From: a virus | Lineage: Duplodnaviria; Caudoviricetes | Reading direction: 5' to 3' (one strand) | DNA: 33,798 bases | IMG/VR virus record: IMGVR_UViG_3300002092_000122 | Span: 1-33,798 of that record | Shown here: one piece after another, positions 23,378 to 32,920 of the stretch | How the letters are laid out: the number at the start of each line of letters is the position of its first letter | Position numbering within the stretch: position 1 is the first letter of the stretch | Translations under genes and position numbers: made by a program | The notes under the pieces: model-generated | The model's database searches: none | What the model saw: the letters and a program-made list of their open reading frames with translations, nothing else | Told to the model about the DNA's origin: nothing

Positions 23378-23908
23378 ATGGGCGTACCTTCAGACCAATT
23401 GATGCAGTTGATAAAGTCGCAGAAAGACGGGGCTACGCCATCCGGCACACCTCCCGCACCTAGCGGCGGCGCACCAACGGGAATGAGTGATACATCAGCG
23501 CCCCCAATGGGATCCCCAATGTCCACGCCGGAACCCAAGATGGGAAACCGTGAAGCCGCCATGATTAACATATCAATGGCAATGGACTTGCTAGAACAAT
23601 CTTTACCGGCTTTAGGAAGTGAATCTGAAGAAGGTCAAAAAGTATTATCGGCAATTCGCACAATGACCGGAGTAATCGGTGCCAAAAAAGGCAAAGTGAA
23701 CGAATTGCAACCAACCGAAATCATGCAAATGCTACAAACCTTGCCACAAGCGGGTGGTGCTACCCCTGAAGGCAAAGCAATGCAACAAGCACCGTTAATC
23801 CCTGGTATGTCCCCTGGTGGAAATCCTCCTCCTGGCGGCGGTGGCGGTATGCCTCCTCCCCCATCTGGCGGCGCACCTGGCGGTATGCCTCCTCCTCCAC
23901 CAATGTAA
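23378..23908 (+). CDS. Pro/Gly/Met-rich hypothetical protein (head assembly region)
   Basis: Low-complexity termini around a helical core. Confidence 0.75.
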   Translation: MGVPSDQLMQLIKSQKDGATPSGTPPAPSGGAPTGMSDTSAPPMGSPMSTPEPKMGNREAAMINISMAMDLLEQSLPALGSESEEGQKVLSAIRTMTGVIGAKKGKVNELQPTEIMQMLQTLPQAGGATPEGKAMQQAPLIPGMSPGGNPPPGGGGGMPPPPSGGAPGGMPPPPPM

Positions 23909-23917
23909 GGAATCAAA

Positions 23918-24103
23918 ATGGACTTATTTAAACCAAGAGGCGCAGCCTCCCCCCGCAGACCAACCGACAATAATCAAAAGAACGGGCAAGTTATCAATAC
24001 CCCCCGATATTCTGAATTTGGCGGTTTAAACTCTGGTGCTAAAGGTGGTTTTAAAAACACCATGAATTTAAGCAAACCAGGCGATACCAAAAAAATCATC
24101 TAA
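23918..24103 (+). CDS. small basic hypothetical protein
   Basis: 61 aa, AAGGA RBS. Confidence 0.7.
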   Translation: MDLFKPRGAASPRRPTDNNQKNGQVINTPRYSEFGGLNSGAKGGFKNTMNLSKPGDTKKII

Positions 24104-24120
24104 TTGGATAGGGGATAAAA

Positions 24121-24636
24121 ATGTCTTTAGAAGATTTGAGTTTAGAACAACGTGACGAACTAGCCATGTTGTCCAAGCAGTTATCGGACAATCCGGCTAC
24201 TCGCAAGGAATTTTTGCGTTTAACCAAAAAAGTGCGCCCCGATTTATCGGTGCCGGAGTTGGATATTGAGGACAATACCAATACCAAAATCTCTGCCGCA
24301 GAAAATCGTGTACAAGCACTCGAGGCAAAATTGCGTGAACGGGATGCCGTTAGCGAATTGGAAAAACGCAGAGCCAAGCTAGGTAGATCGGCGGAGGAAG
24401 TAGCGGAGATTGAAAAACTCATGCTTGACAAGGGTATGACAAATCACGAAACTGCCGCAGAATACTTTGATTGGATGAAACAAGCCGCAACACCTACCCC
24501 GATGGGGTATAACCCAAGCGCCATTAGCAAATTTGACCTTTCTAAGTATTGGAAAAATCCGCAAATGGGTGCTAGGGATGAGGCGGCAAAAGCACTTTCG
24601 GAATTGCGTACTAATCGCAGACCGATTGGGATTTAA
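24121..24636 (+). CDS. putative capsid scaffolding protein
   Basis: Charged coiled-coil protein directly before the major capsid gene. Confidence 0.7.
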   Translation: MSLEDLSLEQRDELAMLSKQLSDNPATRKEFLRLTKKVRPDLSVPELDIEDNTNTKISAAENRVQALEAKLRERDAVSELEKRRAKLGRSAEEVAEIEKLMLDKGMTNHETAAEYFDWMKQAATPTPMGYNPSAISKFDLSKYWKNPQMGARDEAAKALSELRTNRRPIGI

Positions 24637-24678
24637 CGTGGTGAATAGGGGATATTTACTTTTTAGTGGAGTATTATT

Positions 24679-25689
24679 ATGCCGATAGGTGGCGGAATAG
24701 TACCGGCTTCGGGCTCATCACAATACAATGAGTTGACCTACGTTACCCGTAGAGCATTTATCCCTAAGTTGGTCGTACAGTTGTACAATAGCACGCCCTT
24801 GATGGCGGCGTTGATTGCTAACAGTCAACAAGCATCAGGTGGTGTATCCCAAGTGACAGTACCGGTCCAAGGCGCACAGTTTGTGAACGCCCAATGGTCC
24901 GATTATTCTGGATCATTTAATCAGCCTTCAGTTCAGCAAGGCGCTTTCAATGCGGAATTTAATCTAAAGTTGATGATTGCCCCCGTACCGTTTTTAGGTA
25001 TGGAAGGTGCAGTACAACAAGATTACGCAATTATTCCGTTGATTGAAGCCCGTATGAATGATGCGACTAACGTGATGATGGATGCAATGGCTACGGCTTT
25101 GTATAACAACTACACGAATACGCAACAATTTATCGGCTTGCCTGGTGCGATTGACGATGGTACCAATATGGCTACCTACGGCAATATCAACCGTTCTACC
25201 TACGCATGGTGGAAGTCAAAGGTTTATAGTGCCGGTAACGTCAATCCAACCCGTCAAAACATTCTTCAGTACATTTCCGGTACCGTTAAGAATGGCGCAG
25301 AAGTTCCTACTTTTGGCGTTTGCGGTTTCGGTACATGGACACTTTTGGCACAGGATTACGTTGGTCAAGAGCAATATGTAATTACCCCAGGACACGGTTT
25401 TGATGGTGATTCCAACGGTCCTCAAGCCGCATTTAGAGCATTGATGGTTGCCGGAGTTCCTATTTATCCAGACCCGTATTGCCCTGAAGGTACTGTTTAT
25501 TTCATTAACTCAAATTATTTGAGCCTGTACATACACGATCAAGGATCGTTTGTGTTTACCGGATTTGAAAGCACTTTACCGAATTGGCAGATTGGTTATG
25601 TAGGTGCAGTTTTGATGATTGCCGAATTGGTAAGCGTTAAACCTAAATCTATGACCCGTGTATCTGGTTATAACTCTATTTCGATCTAA
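24679..25689 (+). CDS. major capsid protein
   Basis: 336 aa with an HK97-fold-like pattern (STPLMAAL, FIGL, GVPIYPDPYCPEGTVYFINSNYL), in the expected syntenic position. Confidence 0.9.
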   Translation: MPIGGGIVPASGSSQYNELTYVTRRAFIPKLVVQLYNSTPLMAALIANSQQASGGVSQVTVPVQGAQFVNAQWSDYSGSFNQPSVQQGAFNAEFNLKLMIAPVPFLGMEGAVQQDYAIIPLIEARMNDATNVMMDAMATALYNNYTNTQQFIGLPGAIDDGTNMATYGNINRSTYAWWKSKVYSAGNVNPTRQNILQYISGTVKNGAEVPTFGVCGFGTWTLLAQDYVGQEQYVITPGHGFDGDSNGPQAAFRALMVAGVPIYPDPYCPEGTVYFINSNYLSLYIHDQGSFVFTGFESTLPNWQIGYVGAVLMIAELVSVKPKSMTRVSGYNSISI

Positions 25690-25701
25690 GGAGAAATAAC
25701 T

Positions 25702-26040
25702 ATGTCACTCGGACTAAATAAAATCCTGATTTCAGGTACTAGCACGAATACGCCTGGTGCGTATTGGCAACTCGTTACTTTGTCGGCAACAACGGCGGGT
25801 AATGTGATTCCGGCGGGTACTTACCTGTTATTCCCTTCTGCTAACGTCAGCATTTCAGCCGTTTCCGCATACAACACTTCCACCAATGCCGCTACATGGT
25901 CAACCCTGTTAGCCGCAAACACCGGTGGCGTGATTATTTCGGATGGCGTAAACGTTGCCGCTAACGCAACCACAAACGCAACAATCACTTTGGCTACGGT
26001 CAATGGTGGTCAAGCCGTTTCTGGTACGTTCAACAGTTAA
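25702..26040 (+). CDS. putative capsid decoration protein
   Basis: Ala/Thr/Ser-rich beta protein with a strong AAGGAG RBS, directly after the capsid gene. Confidence 0.6.
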   Translation: MSLGLNKILISGTSTNTPGAYWQLVTLSATTAGNVIPAGTYLLFPSANVSISAVSAYNTSTNAATWSTLLAANTGGVIISDGVNVAANATTNATITLATVNGGQAVSGTFNS

Positions 26041-26051
26041 GGAGAATTGCA

Positions 26052-26489
26052 ATGGCTAATCCCCAATCGGTAGGGCGTTTTACCCTTGCTAGTTTCGGAA
26101 ACGGGAGAATTGCTAGAGCAAACAACGTTCTGTTTAACACCGTAGGTTCCAATGTTGTTAGCCTCCCGATTTTAAGTGGGGGGTTAAGCAATTCCGGCGG
26201 TGTTATTATTCGCAGAATTACGGTAAACAATCCTTCCGGTGATGTGTCTGGTGCGTATGTAACCATATCAACAGATGCCGCCGGATCCAACCTTGTTGTT
26301 GCTAACGTGGCACTAACGCAGTTAAACGGTACAAACAAATTTACCGATTTGACTATTGCGGCACCATACCTAGCGGCGGTACCCGTTGTTGGTAGCATAA
26401 CTTCTGCCTTGTATGTCAATGTAACAACCGGTAGCGGCAACACCAATACGGCTAACATTGATGTTTACGGTGATGTTGTGAGTTTTTAA
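26052..26489 (+). CDS. putative virion structural protein
   Basis: Beta-rich, AAGGAG RBS. Confidence 0.6.
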   Translation: MANPQSVGRFTLASFGNGRIARANNVLFNTVGSNVVSLPILSGGLSNSGGVIIRRITVNNPSGDVSGAYVTISTDAAGSNLVVANVALTQLNGTNKFTDLTIAAPYLAAVPVVGSITSALYVNVTTGSGNTNTANIDVYGDVVSF

Positions 26490-26490
26490 T

Positions 26491-26826
26491 ATGACGATCT
26501 ATGTAACCAATCATTCCGACAAGAAATTAACCGATGGCTATGCCGGCGTGTTTTATGAGTTTAAAAAAGGCGAAACGGTAGAAATACCGGAGAATGTTGC
26601 CAAGCATATTTTTGGTTACGGCGATCCGAATAAAGAAATGTATTTAGCGAGGTTAGGATGGATTACTTCCAAAAATGATCTTGAGGATGGTATTGCTATC
26701 CTAGACCAATGGGAAATATCTACTGAGCCCCCAAAAAAGAACCAATCGTTATCCCCGTTGGTGGAAAGAGTACCCCTCCCATCTGCAAAGAAGGGCGGGG
26801 GAAAGATCCTTCAGGCGGTAGCCTAA
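26491..26826 (+). CDS. hypothetical protein
   Basis: 111 aa, in the structural operon. Confidence 0.65.
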   Translation: MTIYVTNHSDKKLTDGYAGVFYEFKKGETVEIPENVAKHIFGYGDPNKEMYLARLGWITSKNDLEDGIAILDQWEISTEPPKKNQSLSPLVERVPLPSAKKGGGKILQAVA

Positions 26827-26839
26827 ACATGGAAAGTAA

Positions 26840-27757
26840 ATGTCAACTCTTTCGACTTATATTACGGGAGTGCGGAGATTACTTCACGATGCCAATGCCA
26901 ACTTTTATAGCGATTCCCAATTAACGGATTACATCAATTCCGCTAGGGAAAGAGCAGTTAGGGATACGGGTGCGTTGCGTGAGGTAATTGTTGCTCAAAC
27001 ACCTTGCCAGGTTCCGCCTAGCGCAACCGTTGGAGGCATTACACCATCCAATCCGGTGCAATGGACTGCAAATACGGTTTGGACTACCAACCAATTTATT
27101 TTTAGCAATATCTTTATCTATCAAGTCATAAGTGGCGGGACTAGCGGATCTACTGCACCCCCTTATCCGGCTAATCAGACAAACAACTACACAAATTACC
27201 CGCCATCCACGCCGTTTGCAGATGGTGGCGCAATGATTCAATATGTCGGCAATTGCGAGAATGTTTCGTATGCCGCCTTAACGCAATTGATGGGATCAAG
27301 CCCTTTATCCCCAAGTAGCGGCGCAACCATATTAGATATTCTCAATATCAATCTGTATTGGGGTAATACTCGGGTACCGTTGAATTATTTGCCGTGGACA
27401 GACTTTAATGCCCGTTTGCGCTTTTGGCAGAATTACATTGGCAGACCGTTGGCGTTTAGCATTTACGGTCAAGGACAAATTTATTTAGGGCCGGTGCCGG
27501 ATCAGGTTTACCAAATAGAGGTGGATTGCATTATTTTGCCTTTGCCATTGTCATTGAACACGCCCAATGCGGTTGATACGATTGTGGATCCCTACACTAC
27601 GCCGGTGGAGTTCTATGCCGCCTACCTTGCCAAGTATTATGAGCAAAGTTATGGCGAAGCAGAGATTTATAAACAGGAATACGTCAAACACGCTAGTTCA
27701 GTAGTCAATACGACATTTACTCGTAGAATACCTAGCGTTTACTCGAGCCCTAGTTAA
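26840..27757 (+). CDS. head-tail adaptor (tail tubular A-like) with inserted CBM-like module
   Basis: VRRLL.D...YSDSQLTDYINSA, GRP..F...IYLGPVPDQVY and FYAAYLA motifs. Confidence 0.75.
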   Translation: MSTLSTYITGVRRLLHDANANFYSDSQLTDYINSARERAVRDTGALREVIVAQTPCQVPPSATVGGITPSNPVQWTANTVWTTNQFIFSNIFIYQVISGGTSGSTAPPYPANQTNNYTNYPPSTPFADGGAMIQYVGNCENVSYAALTQLMGSSPLSPSSGATILDILNINLYWGNTRVPLNYLPWTDFNARLRFWQNYIGRPLAFSIYGQGQIYLGPVPDQVYQIEVDCIILPLPLSLNTPNAVDTIVDPYTTPVEFYAAYLAKYYEQSYGEAEIYKQEYVKHASSVVNTTFTRRIPSVYSSPS

Positions 27758-27758
27758 T

Positions 27759-29762
27759 ATGGCGGCGGCTGAACAAAAAAAGGAATATAAGGTTGTTAAG
27801 CAATTTAAAGGGCTTAACACTAAGGCGGATCGTACTGCAATTGAGGAAGATGAGTTTTCATGGATTGAAAATGCTCAACCGATTGGCTTTGGCAATATCA
27901 AGGTTATTCCAAATAGTACGCATGTACTAGACAACAATAATAATCCGGTGGTGATGCCTTCGGAGATTATCTATTTGACTGCGGCAAATCTCGGCGTAAA
28001 CGATTACATTGTGTTTTTTCTTGACGATGGGTCCGTTAAGTCGTATTGCATCCAAACCAAGTTTCAGGGCAATGTAGCGGTAGCCGGTTCATTATCCAAT
28101 GTTGGTATCAACACGACACAATGGTACAACGACAGGCTAATGATTTTAGATCCCTCAAAAGGACTATTTTCATGGGATGGAAACAACGTTGTAACAATTG
28201 GTAGCGTTGGGGTAATTGCCATTACAAACCCTGGTTCTGGTTACACAACTGCGCCAACCGTCACAATTTCAGGACCGGACCAAGTGGGCGGCGTACAGGC
28301 TAATGCTACTTGCTCATTGACTAGCGGCGGTGCCAATGTCGGGTTTGTGAGTTTGGTAAATGCCGGATCCGGTTACACCAACGGGGCAAATTTAACCGTA
28401 ACCTTTAGCGGTGGCGGAGGTACGGGGGCTCAAGCAGTAGCCGGAATTACCACATTTGCAACCGGTACCGTTTCGGTCAATGTTATCTCTGGCGGTCAAA
28501 ACTACACCACACCAGGCAATGCCGTGGTTTCGTTTAGTGGTGGCGGTGGATCCGGTGCGGCGGGTACTGCAATTATTTCCGGCAATACCGTAACGCAAGT
28601 GGTTATGACGAATCCTGGCTCGGGATACACCAATTCCGCCAACCTAGTAGTAACCCTAAGTGGTGGTAGCGGCAACGGTGCCGTACTGCAAGGAATGGTA
28701 GCAACCGATCAAAACGTTGGCGTGGCGAGTTTTTCAGGGCGTGTGTGGGTTGCTCAAGGAAGAACGGTTTACTACTCAACGGCGGGGGAATATAGCGATT
28801 TTGCGGGGGTTTCCGCCGGTGCAGTCACTATTACGGATTCGACTTTGCATGGCGTGATTCAGCAGTTGCTATCCGCCAACAATTTTCTCTATATTTTTGG
28901 GGATGATTCGATTAACGTATTTTCCGATGTTCGGGTAACAACCACCGGAAATACGCTATTTACCAACACCAACGTATCGGCTTCAGTCGGTTCCAAATTG
29001 GCATACGCCATATTTCCGTATTTCCGTTCCGTCTTGTTTATGAACAATTACGGGATTTATGCTCTGGTCGGCTCAACCACAAGCAAAATATCCGATCCTT
29101 TGGATGGCATGTTTCCCCATATTGACTTTGTGACGGAGGAAGTGACTGCCGGACAAGTGCTTTTAAATAACATTTTGTGCGCCGCATTTAATTTCCGGTA
29201 TTTTGATTCCAAATTCACCAAAAGTTATCGCTACATTCAAGCCGTATTTTTTGAAAAGAAATGGTTTTTGACTAACCAGGGTACGGCTCTTAAATACACC
29301 ACTTCGGTACCGGTTAGCGGCACGATTACCATGTTTGGCACCACCGATACCGACTTGTATCAAATGTATTCCGATACGACTGCGCCAATTACGTCTATTG
29401 TGCAAACGGCACTAATGGATATGAAAGATCCAATAAAAACCAAACAAGCCCTTAAATTTGCGCTTGAAGTGACTGCGGTATCCGGTTTTGAGGCAAATGT
29501 AACCGTAGATTCAGAAAGTGGATCTAGCAACCCCTATTTGTTGGGAAATTACGTCTTATGGACCAATAATTCCGGCAACACGATCCCTTGGATAAATGGT
29601 AGTTCTACTGTAATATCTTGGATAGGCGGCGTAGGATATGAGTTATACAAGTCCGATGCTCAACAATGGGGAAAGTATTTAGGATTAACACAGTATTCCA
29701 ATTCTGCGGGATTTGTGGTTAATACGTTTGAATTTGAACATGAGTTGAGAGTGAGGTTCTAA
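27759..29762 (+). CDS. tail nozzle / stabilisation protein (tail tubular B-like) with repeat insertion
   Basis: FKGLNT start, GRVWVA..VYYS beta-propeller-like motifs, and four GSGYT-type repeats. Confidence 0.7.
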   Translation: MAAAEQKKEYKVVKQFKGLNTKADRTAIEEDEFSWIENAQPIGFGNIKVIPNSTHVLDNNNNPVVMPSEIIYLTAANLGVNDYIVFFLDDGSVKSYCIQTKFQGNVAVAGSLSNVGINTTQWYNDRLMILDPSKGLFSWDGNNVVTIGSVGVIAITNPGSGYTTAPTVTISGPDQVGGVQANATCSLTSGGANVGFVSLVNAGSGYTNGANLTVTFSGGGGTGAQAVAGITTFATGTVSVNVISGGQNYTTPGNAVVSFSGGGGSGAAGTAIISGNTVTQVVMTNPGSGYTNSANLVVTLSGGSGNGAVLQGMVATDQNVGVASFSGRVWVAQGRTVYYSTAGEYSDFAGVSAGAVTITDSTLHGVIQQLLSANNFLYIFGDDSINVFSDVRVTTTGNTLFTNTNVSASVGSKLAYAIFPYFRSVLFMNNYGIYALVGSTTSKISDPLDGMFPHIDFVTEEVTAGQVLLNNILCAAFNFRYFDSKFTKSYRYIQAVFFEKKWFLTNQGTALKYTTSVPVSGTITMFGTTDTDLYQMYSDTTAPITSIVQTALMDMKDPIKTKQALKFALEVTAVSGFEANVTVDSESGSSNPYLLGNYVLWTNNSGNTIPWINGSSTVISWIGGVGYELYKSDAQQWGKYLGLTQYSNSAGFVVNTFEFEHELRVRF

Positions 29763-29763
29763 A

Positions 29764-30294
29764 ATGTCAGGTGTCCCGTATGTCTTTGGTAATGCTACTA
29801 CGAGCATACCGCTATCCAATTTGGATGCAAACTTTAATACCCCCGTTACGCTAGGAAATACTACCGTTGGTTTGGGAAACACGGTTACTACCGTTGGAAA
29901 TTTAACCCTTCAAAACGCTACTTTACAAAGTTTATCCGCACCATTAACGGTAGCCGAAGGTGGAACAAACTCGAACATTGGATCCCCGATAGCAAAAGCA
30001 TGGATTCAGTTATACGACAACGGAACAACCGTAGTAATTAATAAGTCTTTTAATGTAACTTCCGTTACTCGAAATGCCACTTGCGATTGGACTATCAATT
30101 TAACAAATGCGGTTGCCGACAAAAATTCTTGCGTAGTTGGGTGTGCTGGATTGAATACAGCCTCGCAGAGAGTCCTAGTAACTCCACTTGGAAGTTATGA
30201 CAACGGCACAACTAGCGTTCGGGTTCAGGCAACCGCTAGCATTGACGGTGTTTTAGCCTCTAATGCTTACGCAAACATAGCGATATTTGACTAA
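29764..30294 (+). CDS. short tail fibre / spike protein
   Basis: LSNLDANF, LTVAEGGT and AKAWI..SFNVTSVT motifs. Confidence 0.65.
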   Translation: MSGVPYVFGNATTSIPLSNLDANFNTPVTLGNTTVGLGNTVTTVGNLTLQNATLQSLSAPLTVAEGGTNSNIGSPIAKAWIQLYDNGTTVVINKSFNVTSVTRNATCDWTINLTNAVADKNSCVVGCAGLNTASQRVLVTPLGSYDNGTTSVRVQATASIDGVLASNAYANIAIFD

Positions 30295-30302
30295 GGAATA
30301 AA

Positions 30303-30704
30303 ATGAAAATCATTGTATATAAAAACGATATTGGTTCTGTTTCGATTTGTGTTCCAACAGGGCTTATACCCATTGAAGATGTTTTGGCAAAAGACTGCCC
30401 TAATGGATCTTTAATTATTGATGATTCTGAACTTCCACAAGGCGATAATGCACAGTTTTATTATGCGTGGGAATTGGTTGATAACAAAATAGTCATTAAC
30501 TTTTCAAAAGCGCAAACAATAGCTTTGGAAAAATTTAACGCTAAATCACTTGAAGAAGCAAAATTACGGCAATTGAATACGTTATCTGGAATAAACAATA
30601 CTTTAGATGATGCAACTTGGCTATCTATATTAACAAACGGAAGGCAAGAAATTGAAAATGCAAAAACAACTTCTGATTTAATGGGAGTTTTAAATGGGAA
30701 TTAA
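30303..30704 (+). CDS. putative tail-fibre-associated/assembly protein
   Basis: IIVY..GSVSICVP..KDCP..IIDDSELP..F..AW. Follows the fibre gene. Confidence 0.55.
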   Translation: MKIIVYKNDIGSVSICVPTGLIPIEDVLAKDCPNGSLIIDDSELPQGDNAQFYYAWELVDNKIVINFSKAQTIALEKFNAKSLEEAKLRQLNTLSGINNTLDDATWLSILTNGRQEIENAKTTSDLMGVLNGN

Positions 30705-31023
30705 CGCTTTCCAAAAGACGGGTAATACCGTTACTTTTATTGCGGGTGTTGCGGCACCTAGTCCGGTGCAATGCGTTTCCACTACGTTAGGCGGAAACCA
30801 ATACCGGATTATTAACTCAGGGGCGCAATTGGTATTTCTCGGGTACGGGATTGATGCGGCTAATGCGACAACCAATGCGGCAAACGTAACCACTACCGGT
30901 CAAGCGTTTCCATTATTACCAGGTACAGACGAGATATTGACATTTGTACCCAATGCGTATTTCACCGGAATTACCCAATCTAGCACTTCTACGATTTACA
31001 TCACACCTGGCGATGGAGTTTAA
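30694..31023 (+). CDS. putative virion protein, paralog of 4072..4413
   Basis: Shared N-terminal, central and C-terminal motifs. Confidence 0.65.
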   Translation: MGINAFQKTGNTVTFIAGVAAPSPVQCVSTTLGGNQYRIINSGAQLVFLGYGIDAANATTNAANVTTTGQAFPLLPGTDEILTFVPNAYFTGITQSSTSTIYITPGDGV

Positions 31024-31025
31024 AC

Positions 31026-31679
31026 ATGGTCCTCAAGGTCGTTTCCGGTGGTGCATCTGGAAGTAATGGCACAGTTACGTCAGTAACCGGTAATGGCACA
31101 GTCAACGGTATCACCTTAACCGGTACCGTTACCAATTCAGGAAACATTACGTTAGGCGGCACTTTATCCAATGTTGCCAACAATCAGCTTTCCAACAGTT
31201 CAGTAACAATCGGCAATACCATCGTAACATTGGGTAGCGCTACTTCAAACATTGGAAACCTTACTTTATCCAATGTCACTATTAACGGGGTAACGGGTAT
31301 TGGCAACGGTACGGTTAATTCCGTTACCGGAAACGGAACGGTAAATGGCATTACATTGACCGGAACGGTCACTAATACCGGAAACATTACATTGGGCGGA
31401 ACATTGGGGAATATCGCCAATTCCCAACTGTCAAACAGTACGACAACCATTGGCAATACGGTGGTTACGCTAGGCGGTACTACATCATCGCTTGGCAATT
31501 TAACCTTGCCAAACGTCACAATTGCAACGGGAAACGTGAATATCAGTACATTGAACCATACGGCTAACGTTACGGCTAACGCAACATTTGGATCAGCAAG
31601 TTTGCCTTTATCCCCTCAAGGATTTATTGTGTTTGATTTAAACGGAACGGCAGTAAAAATTCCTTATTATGCGGTTTAA
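31026..31679 (+). CDS. Asn/Thr/Gly-rich fibre protein with an ~80-aa tandem duplication
   Basis: Two NGTV.SVTGNGTVNGITLTGTVTN.GNITLGGTL...GNLTL.NVTI units and a terminal NGTAVKIPYY. Confidence 0.7.
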   Translation: MVLKVVSGGASGSNGTVTSVTGNGTVNGITLTGTVTNSGNITLGGTLSNVANNQLSNSSVTIGNTIVTLGSATSNIGNLTLSNVTINGVTGIGNGTVNSVTGNGTVNGITLTGTVTNTGNITLGGTLGNIANSQLSNSTTTIGNTVVTLGGTTSSLGNLTLPNVTIATGNVNISTLNHTANVTANATFGSASLPLSPQGFIVFDLNGTAVKIPYYAV

Positions 31680-31702
31680 AAAAAAGAAGAAAGAACTATG
31701 AA

Positions 31703-32023
31703 ATGAATTTTGATAAAGACCCAACATCGTTTAGTGCATTAACGTATGCGTGGGTTTTTAGTCTAGCGGTATTGGGCGGCGTTGTTAATTTTATGAGAAA
31801 GCTACAAAAAGGGTACGTTCGGGCTTTTAATATGGTTGAGTTCATTGGGGAAATTGTTACTAGCGCATTTGCCGGAGTTATTACGTTCTGGTTGTGCCAA
31901 AGTGCGGAAATTTCTCCCTTGATAACTGCGGCAATGGTTGGGGTTTCTGGACATATGGGATCTAGGGCAATTTTTATGATTGAGGATTGGTTAATGAAAA
32001 AGTTTCCAAGCAATAATGCTTAA
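31703..32023 (+). CDS. holin (LydA-like)
   Basis: LGGVVNF..EIVTSAFAGVITFWLC..AAMVGVSGHMGSRAI, about 3 TMs. Confidence 0.8.
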   Translation: MNFDKDPTSFSALTYAWVFSLAVLGGVVNFMRKLQKGYVRAFNMVEFIGEIVTSAFAGVITFWLCQSAEISPLITAAMVGVSGHMGSRAIFMIEDWLMKKFPSNNA

Positions 32024-32195
32024 CACTTGTAAGGAAACGGTTGCCGCTTTTGGCTTAGTGGTTGGAGGGTTTATTGCTATTTGGTCTGTTATTGTTTTAT
32101 GCGTTTTATCAATAATTCAATTGTTGTTTCACCCCATTAGGTTGTATAAACGGATTCGGAATTGGGTTTTAAATAAAAATGATAATGTTTATTAG
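32016..32195 (+). CDS. 59-aa membrane micro-protein MLNTCKETVAAFGLVVGGFIAIWSVIVLCVLSIIQLLFHPIRLYKRIRNW...
   Basis: Translated by hand. Overlaps the holin stop and fills the gap. Confidence 0.5.
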   Translation: MLNTCKETVAAFGLVVGGFIAIWSVIVLCVLSIIQLLFHPIRLYKRIRNWVLNKNDNVY

Positions 32196-32201
32196 TTACC
32201 A

Positions 32202-32543
32202 ATGAATATGGACATGCTTTCAATCGTTAAATTCGGTGATGCCGAATCATTGGGGGAGTTTTTGTTTGAAAACGGCACGCAACACCTATTATTTTGGGAA
32301 ACAATGGCGGATAAAGGGCTTTTATACCCTAAATTCCCCATTACGGATGCCAATATCGAGAATTTAGACGATTGGTTATTGGCTCACCAAGTCGAACATC
32401 AGTCGTTAGCAAGCTATTTAAATTTAGAAAATCCATTTAATATGCTTGATGTGGACTTCAATAAAGAAGATCAATTCTACGATTGGATTGGTACGCATTT
32501 AAGTATTCACCAACAAATTGCCGGTTCTTTAGGATTAACATAA
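32202..32543 (+). CDS. hypothetical protein with paired WxxxHxxxH motifs
   Basis: DWLLAHQVEH and DWIGTHLSIH. Confidence 0.7.
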   Translation: MNMDMLSIVKFGDAESLGEFLFENGTQHLLFWETMADKGLLYPKFPITDANIENLDDWLLAHQVEHQSLASYLNLENPFNMLDVDFNKEDQFYDWIGTHLSIHQQIAGSLGLT

Positions 32544-32920
32544 TGATTCCCGCCCCCCAAGAAAAATCGAATTTTGCATCGCAACAATCTAAACCGTTGG
32601 ATAAAGACGTCATGGGATTACTCAAGCAAAAAGGTAAACCTGCAAATACGCCAGAGGTAGAAAAAGCCAAAGAGCAAATTAAAGCAGTCATGCAACAACA
32701 TAAAATAGATCCCGATGCGGTTATTCAAATTGGAAAATTGGCTAGAGAATCCATTAAAGATCCATCCGTATATCAAATGTTGGTTCAAAAAGCCACTCAA
32801 GCCGGTTTAATAAAGCCTGAAAATTTAAAACCTACCGTTAATGGCATGGATTTAAAATTGGTTGCCGGTGCCGTAACGATTGGTAAATTGGCGGAAATGA
32901 TAAAAGCAGAAGGCATGTAA
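32543..32920 (+). CDS. hypothetical protein
   Basis: Likely start is ATG 32543 (TAATG coupling). Confidence 0.65.
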   Translation: MIPAPQEKSNFASQQSKPLDKDVMGLLKQKGKPANTPEVEKAKEQIKAVMQQHKIDPDAVIQIGKLARESIKDPSVYQMLVQKATQAGLIKPENLKPTVNGMDLKLVAGAVTIGKLAEMIKAEGM

